Virus record (IMG/VR): IMGVR_UViG_3300031974_001636
Source of the DNA: an uncultured virus (IMG/VR IMGVR_UViG_3300031974_001636)
Lineage: Duplodnaviria; Heunggongvirae; Uroviricota; Caudoviricetes; Kyanoviridae
DNA length: 20,000 bases
Strand: one strand, 5' to 3'
Shown here piece by piece: positions 5,625 to 15,523 of this stretch; the first letter of the stretch is position 1, and the number at the start of each line of letters is the position of its first letter. A program made the translations under genes and the position numbers. The notes beneath the pieces were generated by a model. The model made no database searches, had not been told where the DNA came from, and saw only the letters and a list, made by a program, of their open reading frames with translations.

Positions 5625-8600
5625 ATAGGGAGTTCTCTAATTTCAACAAAGTCATCACTGCTAGGTGCATCACCAGAGGCAAACACTACGTTAGTGCCGT
5701 TAGTATCTACCGTGTAGTTGACATCAGGGTGCTGAAGTACACCGTTGACAGTAACAATAACTGACTTGGAGTTGTGTACAACACCAGCATAGGATGTGAT
5801 GGGATAGTTGAGAGTAATTCCATCGCCCTGAGTTCTTCTAGTAATATATTTGTCAGGTGCAACACCACCACGACCATCAACTCTCAGGTCTCCAGTGATA
5901 CGCTGGGAACCTTCTACCTCTAGTCTATAAGTGGCAGATGCGGCACGACCGATACCAATATGCTGAGGATATGCACTGTCATATGCACCAAACTGGAACA
6001 CGCCAGTGTTAGTCAGACCGAACTTAATCCATGCACCTTCATAATACATCCAACCAAGATTGGTGCCAGGAGTCCAATCAATGCTGTAGACAATATCACC
6101 GTCAGAGGGTGCATTGTAGTTCTGAACATTGCTGAGGTCAGGTACACCTTGAAGAATACCACCAGTTACCAACTCAGGAGCAAGTAGCGTGGATTTAAGT
6201 ACAGTACCGTCCTGGTTGTTGTAAGTAATCTTCTTAGCAACAATGTCCTTCTGAGATGTCAGAGTGCCCTGAACAGTTACAGGACCAGAGAAGATAGATT
6301 CCAGGTTGTTAGATGCACCACCGATAACAGTGAGTTTGTCGGTAACAACAACCTCAGAGAATGTTTCAATGGTAGTGTTCTCTTCACCGAGAACATTCAA
6401 CTGTGCAATATCTTCAGACGTGATCTGACCCGTAACTGGGTTAATAACTTGGTTACCAATAAACAGGTCACCATTAGAGTTCAGACCAGAATAGAAGGCG
6501 ACGCCTGCTTCTTCCTTCAACGATTGCGACAGTCTGATTTGCTCATCGCTGAGAGTTTCTACCTGAGTTTGTGGGAACGCAGTAGAATAGTTACCAGGAC
6601 CGAAACCAGTATATTCAAAAGTGTGGTTACCAGATCTAAGAATAGAGTGACGACGAAGTTCTACGTTGATCGGGAAAAGATCACCGTCAGCATCTTCCAG
6701 AATGGGAATCTTACGGGTCTCTTCATCACCCAGACGTGAAGTCAGGGGGATTTCAGAGAGAGTTTCGTTGATAGAATCCCATCCAGGAGATTGACCAGCG
6801 ACCCATCCAGCATCAGCAAGGAGGAACTTAACTGCCTCTTTGGTGATAGAACGTTGGTCATCCTTATTAGGTGTGGGAGATGCACCATCAGTACCATATA
6901 CCAGACCAATGACTTCATTATCTGCAACAGATACTGTGGGTTCAGGGTCATCGTTAGGATTATCTCTGTCAAACGATGGATAAACTTCATTGACGTTTTG
7001 TGAGAACGCCATGTCATCAAAGTTAGAAGTTGTGGGCGAGATAGATGCACACAACAGGGTCAGATAATAGATACCATCACTCACACCACGCTCAAATGCT
7101 TGAACTTCCTGAGTATCGTAGATGTAATATACCTTGTTCAGGTTATAGTTAGTGTTGTCAGTGTTGTAAGGTTGGAGTACAAAACCACTGATAGGTGCTC
7201 TGGGCAGAGGAGGATTCTGATCCTTAGGAATGACATAACGAACACGATAAGTTCTGTCAGTCAGGTTTCTAGCATCAGGAACACGCTTAATGAACGTTGT
7301 AGGAGTAAAGTTCAGAGTAGCGTATGTGGTGGTATTGGTGCTGAGAGTTTGATAGATCTCGTTATTTGTAGCATTAACAGACAGATACCAACCACCAACC
7401 TGATTCGCTTGACCATTGATAGTGTAAGTGTTGCTATCAAATTGAATAGGTGAACCAGAGTTACCTGCGGTAGTTCCAGATACGTTAGGACCAAAAGGAT
7501 TAATTTCAGCAGAACGAATTGTAGGAGGTTGACCAGCAGCAGGAATCAACAAACAATAGAGTTTATCGGGCACTGCATTAACGCCAGCACCATCTTGCCT
7601 GGCACCTACAACATAACCCTGAACTTTGTTGGGCGGAGGTGCAGTCTGAGACGTGTAACCATAGATATACAGTCTAGAACCAAGTACACCACCTTGCCCA
7701 GCAAGTGCAGAGTTAATTACCTTGGTTCTAGCAATATCAATGTTAGTCCAGTTAATAGAAATCTCTGCTACATCAGACAAAGACTTGGGGGGAATGATGT
7801 GAGTGAGAGTTCCTGCCTTATCTTTAGTAAATGCAGTGCGCTTAAATCCTTTAGAACGCAGTGCAGTATTACCAAAGTTAGAGTTACTGTTGGTGATAGA
7901 CATGTCAGCACCAGAGTAACCAGCAAAGTGGTCACCATATCCCACGGCGAACACCGAAACGACCTGAATAAACGAGTCGTTAGAACACTTAACGTGCGTA
8001 TGTCTCCACCCTTTCTTATACTCAGCGAAACCATCTAGGTGGGAACCAGGACCACCCTCATCATAGTTTCCAGTAGATGCATTATATTTAACGAACGCAC
8101 GATCATCTTTTTGCAGTGACAGTCCAGTGAACTGTGCCACAACCATAGATTTGAAACCAGTTGCCTTTGCACCATCAGCGTGCATACCATTCATGCCCCA
8201 GGTAGATCTCAGGGACAGGTTAAAGATATAAGGAGATGCAGAGTCAACAGTGTCAATTTCAACTTTAACGACAATGTTGGAACCAATAGCATTACCGCTA
8301 GGTTCTTCTGCTAATTGATAGGTAAATACGTTACCAGATGCACTAGTTACTGAGAAAGATCCGTTGTAGAGTTGTGCATCCAACTCCGACTGGTTTCCAG
8401 TAGATCCAGTGACACCAGAAATGTTAACGTTAACGCCGACAGAAAACCCGTGGTTTTTTGGGTTTCCCTGCTCGTCAACTGTAATTGCTGTAGCAGTGTT
8501 GCCGTTGCGTGTAATTTGGAGAACTCTAAATTCATCGGAGATAGGTCCAACAATTCTGTTTTCCTCTACCCTTGCCTGAATCTGGTCAGTTGCAGGATCA

Positions 8601-9403
8601 CCAGAGGTGTCAGGAATAGTAGCAAAACCGCGAGATACTTTCTGATAGTAAATATCCAGGTCGGTTCTTTCTAGCAGGTTAGGAATAGAAGAACCAGTAA
8701 TCTCAGCAGAGTTTTCTACAGTGCCAAGGTCGTTAATCAGTTGGTTGAGAGTATTCGTACCATCGGCAAATTCAAATGCCGTAAGTTTGTGGTGAGAATA
8801 CGAAGGAGGGATGGTTTCGGAATCATCTGGTTTGAAATACACACCAGTTTGATCACCATCAAAGAATGAAAACTGCCAGAAGTAGCAACCACCAGTTACA
8901 CGGAAAATGGCAGTCTGTGAGGGAACTTGTTCCTCAGTGTTGATACCTTTAGCAGGATAAGTTGTAGGATAGGGGACGTACTTAGGAATAATTTTAGTAC
9001 GACGGAGGTCCATACCAACTAGAGAACAACCTCTAGGTACGATGACGCCACCTTCTACAGAATTGTACTTGTAGAGTACATTGTTGGGGGAAGTAACATC
9101 CATGTTGGAGTTGGAATCCAACGGAGGAATGTTAGTATAAAGGACTTCACCAGGACGATTGTCAATAATATACTCAGAAGGATAGAGAAGAATACTGAAG
9201 GCGTCAAATTCGTCGTTAGACAAACCAACTCTGTACGAGAACCTTGCTACTTCAAGGAAAGCACGTTGCAGAGATTTGAATGGTCTGAGTGAGGAATTAC
9301 CTCTGTTGTCAATATCATCACTCGCATCAAAGTCATCAGGGTTGACATAAATGATACGACCCGTACGGGACGTGATGATATTCTTAAGACGAGTTAGTGC
9401 CAT
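5621..9403 (-). CDS. large virion structural / tail fibre-like protein, 1260 aa
   Basis: N-terminal IIYVNP.DFDASD...GNS..RPFKSLQRA motif of cyanomyovirus structural proteins; beta-rich; C-terminal VTVNGVLQHP..NYTV...VF..AP...D.VEIR fibre module. Confidence 0.85.
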   Translation of the reverse strand: MALTRLKNIITSRTGRIIYVNPDDFDASDDIDNRGNSSLRPFKSLQRAFLEVARFSYRVGLSNDEFDAFSILLYPSEYIIDNRPGEVLYTNIPPLDSNSNMDVTSPNNVLYKYNSVEGGVIVPRGCSLVGMDLRRTKIIPKYVPYPTTYPAKGINTEEQVPSQTAIFRVTGGCYFWQFSFFDGDQTGVYFKPDDSETIPPSYSHHKLTAFEFADGTNTLNQLINDLGTVENSAEITGSSIPNLLERTDLDIYYQKVSRGFATIPDTSGDPATDQIQARVEENRIVGPISDEFRVLQITRNGNTATAITVDEQGNPKNHGFSVGVNVNISGVTGSTGNQSELDAQLYNGSFSVTSASGNVFTYQLAEEPSGNAIGSNIVVKVEIDTVDSASPYIFNLSLRSTWGMNGMHADGAKATGFKSMVVAQFTGLSLQKDDRAFVKYNASTGNYDEGGPGSHLDGFAEYKKGWRHTHVKCSNDSFIQVVSVFAVGYGDHFAGYSGADMSITNSNSNFGNTALRSKGFKRTAFTKDKAGTLTHIIPPKSLSDVAEISINWTNIDIARTKVINSALAGQGGVLGSRLYIYGYTSQTAPPPNKVQGYVVGARQDGAGVNAVPDKLYCLLIPAAGQPPTIRSAEINPFGPNVSGTTAGNSGSPIQFDSNTYTINGQANQVGGWYLSVNATNNEIYQTLSTNTTTYATLNFTPTTFIKRVPDARNLTDRTYRVRYVIPKDQNPPLPRAPISGFVLQPYNTDNTNYNLNKVYYIYDTQEVQAFERGVSDGIYYLTLLCASISPTTSNFDDMAFSQNVNEVYPSFDRDNPNDDPEPTVSVADNEVIGLVYGTDGASPTPNKDDQRSITKEAVKFLLADAGWVAGQSPGWDSINETLSEIPLTSRLGDEETRKIPILEDADGDLFPINVELRRHSILRSGNHTFEYTGFGPGNYSTAFPQTQVETLSDEQIRLSQSLKEEAGVAFYSGLNSNGDLFIGNQVINPVTGQITSEDIAQLNVLGEENTTIETFSEVVVTDKLTVIGGASNNLESIFSGPVTVQGTLTSQKDIVAKKITYNNQDGTVLKSTLLAPELVTGGILQGVPDLSNVQNYNAPSDGDIVYSIDWTPGTNLGWMYYEGAWIKFGLTNTGVFQFGAYDSAYPQHIGIGRAASATYRLEVEGSQRITGDLRVDGRGGVAPDKYITRRTQGDGITLNYPITSYAGVVHNSKSVIVTVNGVLQHPDVNYTVDTNGTNVVFASGDAPSSDDFVEIRELPI

Positions 9404-9427
9404 CTTTTAGACTTTATCCTTCTGAGT

Positions 9428-9435
9428 TATTTATC
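9428..9435 (-). promoter_or_regulatory. T4-type late promoter
   Basis: GATAAATA, 25 nt upstream of ATG 9403; AAGGA RBS. Confidence 0.7.
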
Positions 9436-9451
9436 GGATCATCAAAGGGAA

Positions 9452-10951
9452 TTACGGTGCATCGCCAGCACCAGCATCACCACCAGCAGTTTCAGTAGCA
9501 GCGGTCTGATAATTATTCGTACGCTGATAAAGAGTCGTGGCAAGTTCGCTTACAGTATCTTGGAAAGCATCCAATACAAAATTAACGCGACCGTTAGTTG
9601 CTTCAACCTTAATAGATTGTCCAGGTCCAACAATAATTCCCTTACGCTCTTCAGAAGCAGACTGTGCAATAGCATCAGCATTGATAATTACATCGGCAGC
9701 ATCAGTATTGCTGACGCTACTGATAGTTGCAGTTGCCTTGCTAGTTGCAGTCTGACGAGGTACATCTAGGAAAGTATCAGTACCAACCCAGAGGGCAGAT
9801 CCAGGACCATTGGTTACATAAGCGATGCCATTTGCATCATCCCAATTAAGAACAGTGCCGTAACTGTCGCCAGCGATAGCATCAACAGCATAGGTAACAT
9901 CACGATAGGTAAATGAATCGGTGATAACCCATCCGCTGACATCTTTGAGTCCTTCATCTACCTGAGTATATACCCAAACTTCATTGAAAGTATACTCTTG
10001 AGAGAAGACGAAATACTGAGAATCGTCAGTATAGTTAGCATCCGCAAAGTCAAATGGATACCACTGACTAACAAGTTCAGCACCACTTAGATCATATTGA
10101 ACATATGCGTTAGCAGAACCTGCGGTGCCACTAGTAGTCTTACCAGCGGTATATTCCGTCTGTCCATTGTTAGTGCCACCAGCAAATTCTGAGAATCTCA
10201 AATCAATACCAGTCATGCTGGTGTGAGATACATCAAAACGATAAACACGGTCGGTCAGCAGTTCAGGTTGAATCTGATTTTGCAGACGATATACAGTACC
10301 ACCAGCACCATCGTTAAACACAAATCTACTTACAGCAGTAGCAATACCGCCAACACTAATAGTACCAGAAGTGGTTGATGAACCACCAGTAAGAACATCG
10401 CCTTCAGCAAATGTACCACCAGTAACATTACCCACCCAAAGAACACCGTCATTGTCTACACCAGGGACAAATTCGTAGACGGTTCCACTAACACCACCAC
10501 CATTACTTACAGTTTCACCGTTAGCATAATCTGGGTTTGCACTACTTGCACCATCAGCAACGTTTTCTAGGGTGAAAGCAATCAGAGATTCATATCTTAC
10601 CAGATAAGTTGTAATCGCAGGATCAACAACGTCTAGGAGATATGCACACTTCTCACCATCAGTAGTGGTGAACTTAGTGCCAGGAACTGCATCTGCCAGA
10701 GGAATAGCAGCAGACAGACTCCACTTTACGTTACTGATAAGGTCTCCACGATGCAATTTATAAGTGGAAGCATCCAAAGTCAATGCCTGATCCCACTGTC
10801 GTAGAGAAATGTTGTAAGTATCAGCACCAGTATTGTCACAGTTTACAATAACTGTTCCAGTAGCAGAACTGAATACATCGTTCTTAAATAGTGTGGTCTC
10901 GGTCGCCGCAGCAGGTTTTACCGCGCCAAGAACTCCAGTGTTAGTTGCCAT
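9452..10951 (-). CDS. virion structural protein, 499 aa
   Basis: G/T/A/D-rich; YRFDVSHTSMTGIDLRFS...YTAG.T..GTAGSANAYVQ module typical of cyanophage fibre/structural proteins. Confidence 0.8.
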   Translation of the reverse strand: MATNTGVLGAVKPAAATETTLFKNDVFSSATGTVIVNCDNTGADTYNISLRQWDQALTLDASTYKLHRGDLISNVKWSLSAAIPLADAVPGTKFTTTDGEKCAYLLDVVDPAITTYLVRYESLIAFTLENVADGASSANPDYANGETVSNGGGVSGTVYEFVPGVDNDGVLWVGNVTGGTFAEGDVLTGGSSTTSGTISVGGIATAVSRFVFNDGAGGTVYRLQNQIQPELLTDRVYRFDVSHTSMTGIDLRFSEFAGGTNNGQTEYTAGKTTSGTAGSANAYVQYDLSGAELVSQWYPFDFADANYTDDSQYFVFSQEYTFNEVWVYTQVDEGLKDVSGWVITDSFTYRDVTYAVDAIAGDSYGTVLNWDDANGIAYVTNGPGSALWVGTDTFLDVPRQTATSKATATISSVSNTDAADVIINADAIAQSASEERKGIIVGPGQSIKVEATNGRVNFVLDAFQDTVSELATTLYQRTNNYQTAATETAGGDAGAGDAP

Positions 10952-10955
10952 TTAA

Positions 10956-12275
10956 TTAAAAGATCTGTGAGAGGTAAAGTTGTTGTTGACGAACGCGAGC
11001 GGTTAATTTTTGAGCACCAATACCAGCACCAAATTGTACGTCTTCAAGGGCAACGTTGTTGGTGGACAGCAACGTAGCGTCAGAATCTGGGAACTTGATG
11101 TTACGAAGTTGAGTAATGTTAGTCAGATCAATTCTGACTCGTCTTTGCTCGTCAATATCATCAACCAGATCAACTCTATTTAGTTCCTTGTTACTAAGTT
11201 TCTGAGAAGCATTAGTAGTTACCAGAACACTCGGATTGAGAGGTTCGTTAAGGTTCTCAGAAGGGAACTGGAACTGATAGTTAAGAGACTCAAACTGATT
11301 AGTCAGATTGAAAATAATTCTCTTGGTGGGAGTTGTACCATCAGCAAGAATTAGATCTTCAATAACTTTGTTGCTAAGAGATTGGGTAGAATCAGTACCA
11401 ACCAGAGTCAGAGAAAGATCAGGGAAGACTACTGTACGATCAGAGGTTAGTGATGCTGTGTCAAACGTAATAGCAGGTGCATCAGTTGCAGTAGTGGATG
11501 CAAACTTGGCATCAATGAGAGTCTTACCAGACAGTTTCTGGGTAGACACATCATCAACAAGTTCACTCGTTACAACAGCAATACCAGGATCGGGCAACTG
11601 ATACGTTTTAGTACCAGTAATTGTCTCATCCCAGTCAAAGGTGAAACGAGCATTCTTTTCATTATTACCAACACCATCACGGATAGTGAATCGTTGGTCT
11701 TCAATGATAATATCTTTGTTTGTAATCAACTGGTTGGTATCATCACCCAGAAGAACAGTACCACCACCAGTAACAATCTCAGGCAGTGTAAATACTCGGG
11801 TGCCACCAGTATTACCGATGTTACCTACTTCAAAACGTGCCTTACGAGTGTTGTCACTGTTATCTTGAAGGACAAACAGGTTGTCATTCAGTAGAAGTTG
11901 ACCAGTAACTTCTACTCTACCCGCACCTTTGGGGGAGATAATAATGTTGGAGTTGGTAGCAGAGTCGTCGGCAACTGTGATCAGGTTCGTAGAAGAACCA
12001 TCGGTATTCTCAATACGAGAGAAATAGAAACCACCAGAACCATACGAGATACCGAATTGATTGTACGCATTTTGGTACAATCCAGTATCACGGTCCAGGT
12101 CAAAACACAGTCCAGGTGCTGCTTTAGTACCTGCCGAGACAGTCTTAAAAAGTTGATTAACTTTTGACTTACGGTTGGGAATCAGTGGGTCTGATACGAC
12201 AACGGGGAGAATTGCTTCCCCCGACAAGTTGGCGTCATCAATGCCATCTAACTGTGAGATTTTCTTAGTTGCCAC
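10956..12275 (-). CDS. virion structural / fibre protein with internal repeats, 439 aa
   Basis: GTG start; MATKKISQL N-terminus; AAPGLCFD.DRDTGLY motif; about five ~50-60 aa repeats, most ending Q.L(S/T)xK. Confidence 0.8.
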   Translation of the reverse strand: MATKKISQLDGIDDANLSGEAILPVVVSDPLIPNRKSKVNQLFKTVSAGTKAAPGLCFDLDRDTGLYQNAYNQFGISYGSGGFYFSRIENTDGSSTNLITVADDSATNSNIIISPKGAGRVEVTGQLLLNDNLFVLQDNSDNTRKARFEVGNIGNTGGTRVFTLPEIVTGGGTVLLGDDTNQLITNKDIIIEDQRFTIRDGVGNNEKNARFTFDWDETITGTKTYQLPDPGIAVVTSELVDDVSTQKLSGKTLIDAKFASTTATDAPAITFDTASLTSDRTVVFPDLSLTLVGTDSTQSLSNKVIEDLILADGTTPTKRIIFNLTNQFESLNYQFQFPSENLNEPLNPSVLVTTNASQKLSNKELNRVDLVDDIDEQRRVRIDLTNITQLRNIKFPDSDATLLSTNNVALEDVQFGAGIGAQKLTARVRQQQLYLSQIF

Positions 12276-12298
12276 AGACTCAATATCTTGCTACTTTT

Positions 12299-12424
12299 TT
12301 ATTTATACGTTCTAGGATAGAGCGTATTGTACATCATAAATCCTCGGAGTCTTCGGATTGGATCCCAAGGAACTCCGAGAGATAAGCAGCACTCTTTATA
12401 ACTCTCCCACTCAGTCAAGGGCAT
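12299..12424 (-). CDS. small hypothetical protein, ~41 aa
   Basis: 3' part of the ORF-track ORF; likely start MPLTEWESYKECCLSLGV at 12424, overlapping the end of the upstream gene. Confidence 0.5.
   Translation of the reverse strand: MPLTEWESYKECCLSLGVPWDPIRRLRGFMMYNTLYPRTYK
12300..12307 (-). promoter_or_regulatory. T4-type late promoter (perfect consensus)
   Basis: TATAAATA, 25 nt upstream of the structural gene start at 12275. Confidence 0.8.
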
Positions 12425-12683
12425 CAAGTCTGCTGTGCTTTCGGGAGGTTGGTTGTTGTCGTCCACAAATAAGACTCTTAACGGATTGTGCTTTTTGCAT
12501 GTACTCTTCATGGTACTTTTCCCACTCAGTAACTACATCAAGTAGATCGTAGAAAAAGTCGGAGGGGGTAACATCTTGATCGCTTAGATAATCTGCAACA
12601 CAGTCATCCAGACGATTTTTGCGTTGTTCTTCATAGGTGTTAGGATACACATAAGGAACATCAGGCATGTCATTGAGTTTCAT
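12411..12683 (-). CDS. hypothetical protein, ~90 aa
   Basis: Start trimmed to ATG 12683 (MKLNDMPD...) to avoid a long overlap; helical EEQRKNRLDDCVADYL region. Confidence 0.7.
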   Translation of the reverse strand: MKLNDMPDVPYVYPNTYEEQRKNRLDDCVADYLSDQDVTPSDFFYDLLDVVTEWEKYHEEYMQKAQSVKSLICGRQQPTSRKHSRLDALD

Positions 12684-12876
12684 GTTTCTTAGTTTGGAAG
12701 TAAAGTTTGTAATAACGTTGTTTAATGCTATCAAGTGTATCCATGTCTTCCTTAAATCCCATATACTTGAGGAGTTGGTATGATCCCTCAAGTTCAGAGA
12801 TTAGGCGGAGAATGTTAACCGAATGTGGTTCCAGTCCGCCAAATTTATATATGCTACTCTTTTGACTTGGGTGCAT
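12670..12876 (-). CDS. conserved cyanophage hypothetical protein, 68 aa
   Basis: FGGL..HSVNILRLISELEGSYQLLKYMGF.EDM motif recalled from cyanomyoviruses. Confidence 0.75.
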   Translation of the reverse strand: MHPSQKSSIYKFGGLEPHSVNILRLISELEGSYQLLKYMGFKEDMDTLDSIKQRYYKLYFQTKKHETQ

Positions 12877-13000
12877 GTGGGGGCGTCACTCGGTTGTTAA
12901 CTACAGAGTTGTGCAGATGTTTCAGTGCAGCAACAGTTTCAGGAGTTTCCTCCCAGTTCCAAGTATTGCCGTTTTTGTCAACAAATTCGCGGGTTGTCAT
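12854..13000 (-). CDS. small hypothetical protein, 48 aa (not in ORF track)
   Basis: Own translation MTTREFVDKNGNTWNWEETPETVAALKHLHNSVVNNRVTPPHAPKSKE*; ATGA overlap with 12997-13299. Confidence 0.7.
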   Translation of the reverse strand: MTTREFVDKNGNTWNWEETPETVAALKHLHNSVVNNRVTPPHAPKSKE

Positions 13001-13299
13001 AGTTTTCCTCCAACTACTCCAGAGTTAAGAACTTTACTGTGTTCATCAAGATTTCCATCTTGAATGCATTTGAGATGCCAACGTGTTATATGTAACACTG
13101 TATCATATTCCAGACCAGTGATAAAGTGTTGACCTAAGGGTTCTTTTAGAATGCTAGTATGCATTCCAAAACGAGTCTTTTTGATGTAAAACGCATCATC
13201 AATCCACTCAACATCTTCGGGAATGTTTTTTTCAACTGTTCCTCCAAAAGAGTCGGACAGTTTCATCTTTCGTTTAGTTTCGGTTTGAGTTTCAGTCAT
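12997..13299 (-). CDS. conserved cyanophage hypothetical protein, 100 aa
   Basis: WIDDAFYIKKTRFG...TRWHLK...VVGGKL motifs recalled from cyanomyoviruses. Confidence 0.8.
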   Translation of the reverse strand: MTETQTETKRKMKLSDSFGGTVEKNIPEDVEWIDDAFYIKKTRFGMHTSILKEPLGQHFITGLEYDTVLHITRWHLKCIQDGNLDEHSKVLNSGVVGGKL

Positions 13300-13302
13300 G
13301 GA

Positions 13303-13473
13303 TCATTCAGACTGCTTACATTCTAGCACATAGTCTACGGTATTGGCAACATCTAGCATCGCATCTTTAAGAAACTCTCGTTGCCCAGACTCCATCAGAC
13401 TGTGGTTATCGTCATCTGTAAGAGTCCATCGCCACTTTTTCATCTCTGTGGCATACCATAGATTGATTTTCAT
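13303..13473 (-). CDS. conserved cyanophage hypothetical protein, ~56 aa
   Basis: MKINLWY...WRWTL....ESGQ...L..AM.DVANTV; ATG 13473 preferred because ATG 13491 abuts the late-promoter motif. Confidence 0.75.
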   Translation of the reverse strand: MKINLWYATEMKKWRWTLTDDDNHSLMESGQREFLKDAMLDVANTVDYVLECKQSE

Positions 13474-13490
13474 GTCGGATGCTTTTTCCA

Positions 13491-13498
13491 TATTTATC
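13491..13498 (-). promoter_or_regulatory. T4-type late promoter
   Basis: GATAAATA, 18 nt upstream of ATG 13473. Confidence 0.55.
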
Positions 13499-14093
13499 AG
13501 ATGCGATGGAGGAAGTATAGCAAAGTTAATCGGGAGTCGTCAAGATTGTCACCAAAGAATGACTCTTCCGAGTGAGTAACATTGCTATACCACATTGCCA
13601 TGCGATTGTAGACGTTATCAATGGTATGGACCTTACGATAACAACTACGAATCGTATTGTTTGCCTCCATGGCATCATCGTAGTTTGAATCTGGATCCAT
13701 GAAAAACTTTTTACGATTGTACTTTACATCTCTCGCTTTAGTACAACCTGGGACTGGTTCATAGAAACTTGTCCCACTGTTCTTAGCAGGGTCTGGCGAT
13801 AGATATATAGCACCTGCTAATGTAGCATCGTCATCTATGTGAGGCCAACCCTGACCAAATTTAGCAGGAATGTATGCAAACTCTGCCTTCATTACGTTGA
13901 GTCCATGTCTAGAACAGATTGGAAACTGCATTAGACGTAGTGACAGTTCATCCCACAGATTTTTATCAATCTCATGAATCATCTTGGATCTGAATCCAGG
14001 ATAGTTGTCATGACCATGCTTTCCATAGTCTTGCGCTAGAGCAAGTTGGCGGATTTCATCTGGTTTGTCAAAAAAATTGTCTGAGATGTACAT
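13497..14093 (-). CDS. 2OG-Fe(II) oxygenase-like protein (DUF6445-like), 198 aa
   Basis: DNFF.KPD.IR, YPG.RS, HxD (PHIDD), AGAIYL.P, GTSFY, YNR....H and RLT DSBH motifs. Confidence 0.8.
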   Translation of the reverse strand: MYISDNFFDKPDEIRQLALAQDYGKHGHDNYPGFRSKMIHEIDKNLWDELSLRLMQFPICSRHGLNVMKAEFAYIPAKFGQGWPHIDDDATLAGAIYLSPDPAKNSGTSFYEPVPGCTKARDVKYNRKKFFMDPDSNYDDAMEANNTIRSCYRKVHTIDNVYNRMAMWYSNVTHSEESFFGDNLDDSRLTLLYFLHRI

Positions 14094-14710
14094 CAGATTG
14101 GGATGAATGTGAAGGTCTTACATTGGTACTTAGTATCACTGCTACGCATCACATTTCCAGCAATAGTAACTCTGGGCATGTGATCAAACTCTCCTGTAGG
14201 AACTACTTCGTGCATTCTATCTCCAGGACCAATATACAACTTTCCAATCTCATTCTTGATACGGTATAACTCATCATCACCATCATAGAATACAGTCTCA
14301 GTATTCTGAGGATAGATTGACAGATACCAGTGGATAGGATACTGATGGAAATGTTTATGTAGCAAACCATCTTTGGGATGAGTGTTTACCCAACATTGTG
14401 TCCATGCACGTTCTTCCATCCCGATGTAGTCTCGGATAGATTGCTTTACATGAGCAAACAGATCATATACTACATTATCTCTGGGATTGCAGGCAAAAAA
14501 GTTGTAATAACCATACAACCATGTGCTGTTGGGATAGTCTGGATTGTGCTGATGTATGCCCTCTCTAGCATATGCAACACCATCTAAAACACCAGATGCT
14601 CTTGCACTGGTTTCCGCACATGCGTCACACAAGTGTATATGATACTGACGAACAAAGTCAATATCATATACCTTATAGTCGCTTAGTTTGTCGGTTGAAG
14701 ATGAACTCAC
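14093..14710 (-). CDS. putative 2OG-Fe(II) oxygenase (TIGR02466-like), 205 aa
   Basis: WVN...HxH (HFH), distal His (RMHEV) and RVTIAGN terminal strand. Confidence 0.75.
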   Translation of the reverse strand: MSSSSTDKLSDYKVYDIDFVRQYHIHLCDACAETSARASGVLDGVAYAREGIHQHNPDYPNSTWLYGYYNFFACNPRDNVVYDLFAHVKQSIRDYIGMEERAWTQCWVNTHPKDGLLHKHFHQYPIHWYLSIYPQNTETVFYDGDDELYRIKNEIGKLYIGPGDRMHEVVPTGEFDHMPRVTIAGNVMRSSDTKYQCKTFTFIPI

Positions 14711-15131
14711 TTGCTACATTACCGATGACACGTTTACCATTTCGGAAACCTTGATCCCAACTGCGATACTCATGCTGAGTAAGTTGTCCTTTGTAAAAGA
14801 TCTCTAGGTCTCCATATTTACATTCGCCATTAGATTTGTATCCCGTGCCGAATGGTTTCCATACAATATCACAACCTACTGGTTCCCAGTCTAGAGTGTG
14901 ATTTTTCAATACAATATTGTCTCCCTCAGTCTGAACGATAAAGTTACGCTCTCGGTACACTTCTTTAGTGTGGTGATACCACTGACGAGACTGAATCTTA
15001 CCCTCGCCCAAGTTTATCCATTGAATCCAGACCCAGGCATGTCCAGTAGGATCGGACATTGCCTGCGCTTTATTTGTATAGGATCCTTCTATCAGTCCGA
15101 TGAAGTGTTCTCTTCTAAAGTTGCCATCCAT
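14673..15131 (-). CDS. cpeT: phage CpeT/CpcT-type bilin lyase, 152 aa
   Basis: G.Y.NKAQA.SDP, SRQWY, YR.R, GCD, SWDQGF and G....EF.F.R motifs of T-type lyases. Confidence 0.85.
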   Translation of the reverse strand: MDGNFRREHFIGLIEGSYTNKAQAMSDPTGHAWVWIQWINLGEGKIQSRQWYHHTKEVYRERNFIVQTEGDNIVLKNHTLDWEPVGCDIVWKPFGTGYKSNGECKYGDLEIFYKGQLTQHEYRSWDQGFRNGKRVIGNVASEFIFNRQTKRL

Positions 15132-15322
15132 TCTTTCTTAAACTCCTCAACTTGATCAACAATGTCAGGGTCAATAGTCGGTTTCTCAAAAATAGGAACC
15201 AACATTAAGTATTTACCATTGTGCTTGATACGGAACGGTTGAAGGTTACTATGACAGAGTTCAATAATAAATTCAAAGTTCTCCTCAAGTTGAGCAGAAT
15301 CAATGTCAAGAGGCGACTTCAT
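15092..15322 (-). CDS. Phd/YefM-like (antitoxin / 'plasmid stability') small protein, ~76 aa
   Basis: From ATG 15322: I...QLEENFEFIIELC....QPFRIKHNGKYLMLVP matches the Phd/YefM N-terminal pattern. Confidence 0.5.
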   Translation of the reverse strand: MKSPLDIDSAQLEENFEFIIELCHSNLQPFRIKHNGKYLMLVPIFEKPTIDPDIVDQVEEFKKEWMATLEENTSSD

Positions 15323-15500
15323 AGTGGTAGGTAAATAGGGAAGGATTGAGTTGAGAGAAGTTTGCGAGAGTTTCTGCGAATCCTTCGGATCCTTCTTCAT
15401 CAAACTTGAATCGGATGGTTTCGTCATAACCCTCGTTATCCATGATTTTTACTTCACGTTTAGAAACATTGATCCAAACGTGCTCTAGATAGGTTTCCAT
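15306..15500 (-). CDS. conserved cyanophage hypothetical protein, 64 aa
   Basis: First ORF after the promoter at 15524-15552; INVSKREVKIMDNEGYDETI.F.FD.EG..GF. Confidence 0.75.
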   Translation of the reverse strand: METYLEHVWINVSKREVKIMDNEGYDETIRFKFDEEGSEGFAETLANFSQLNPSLFTYHYEVAS

Positions 15501-15523
15501 GAGGTTGGGGGGTGAACCCCCAT

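Noticed and set aside
12976..12981. TTGACA on the minus strand as a promoter
   Set aside because: The only -10-like hexamer (AATACT) is 8 nt away, and the site lies inside the 48-aa ORF
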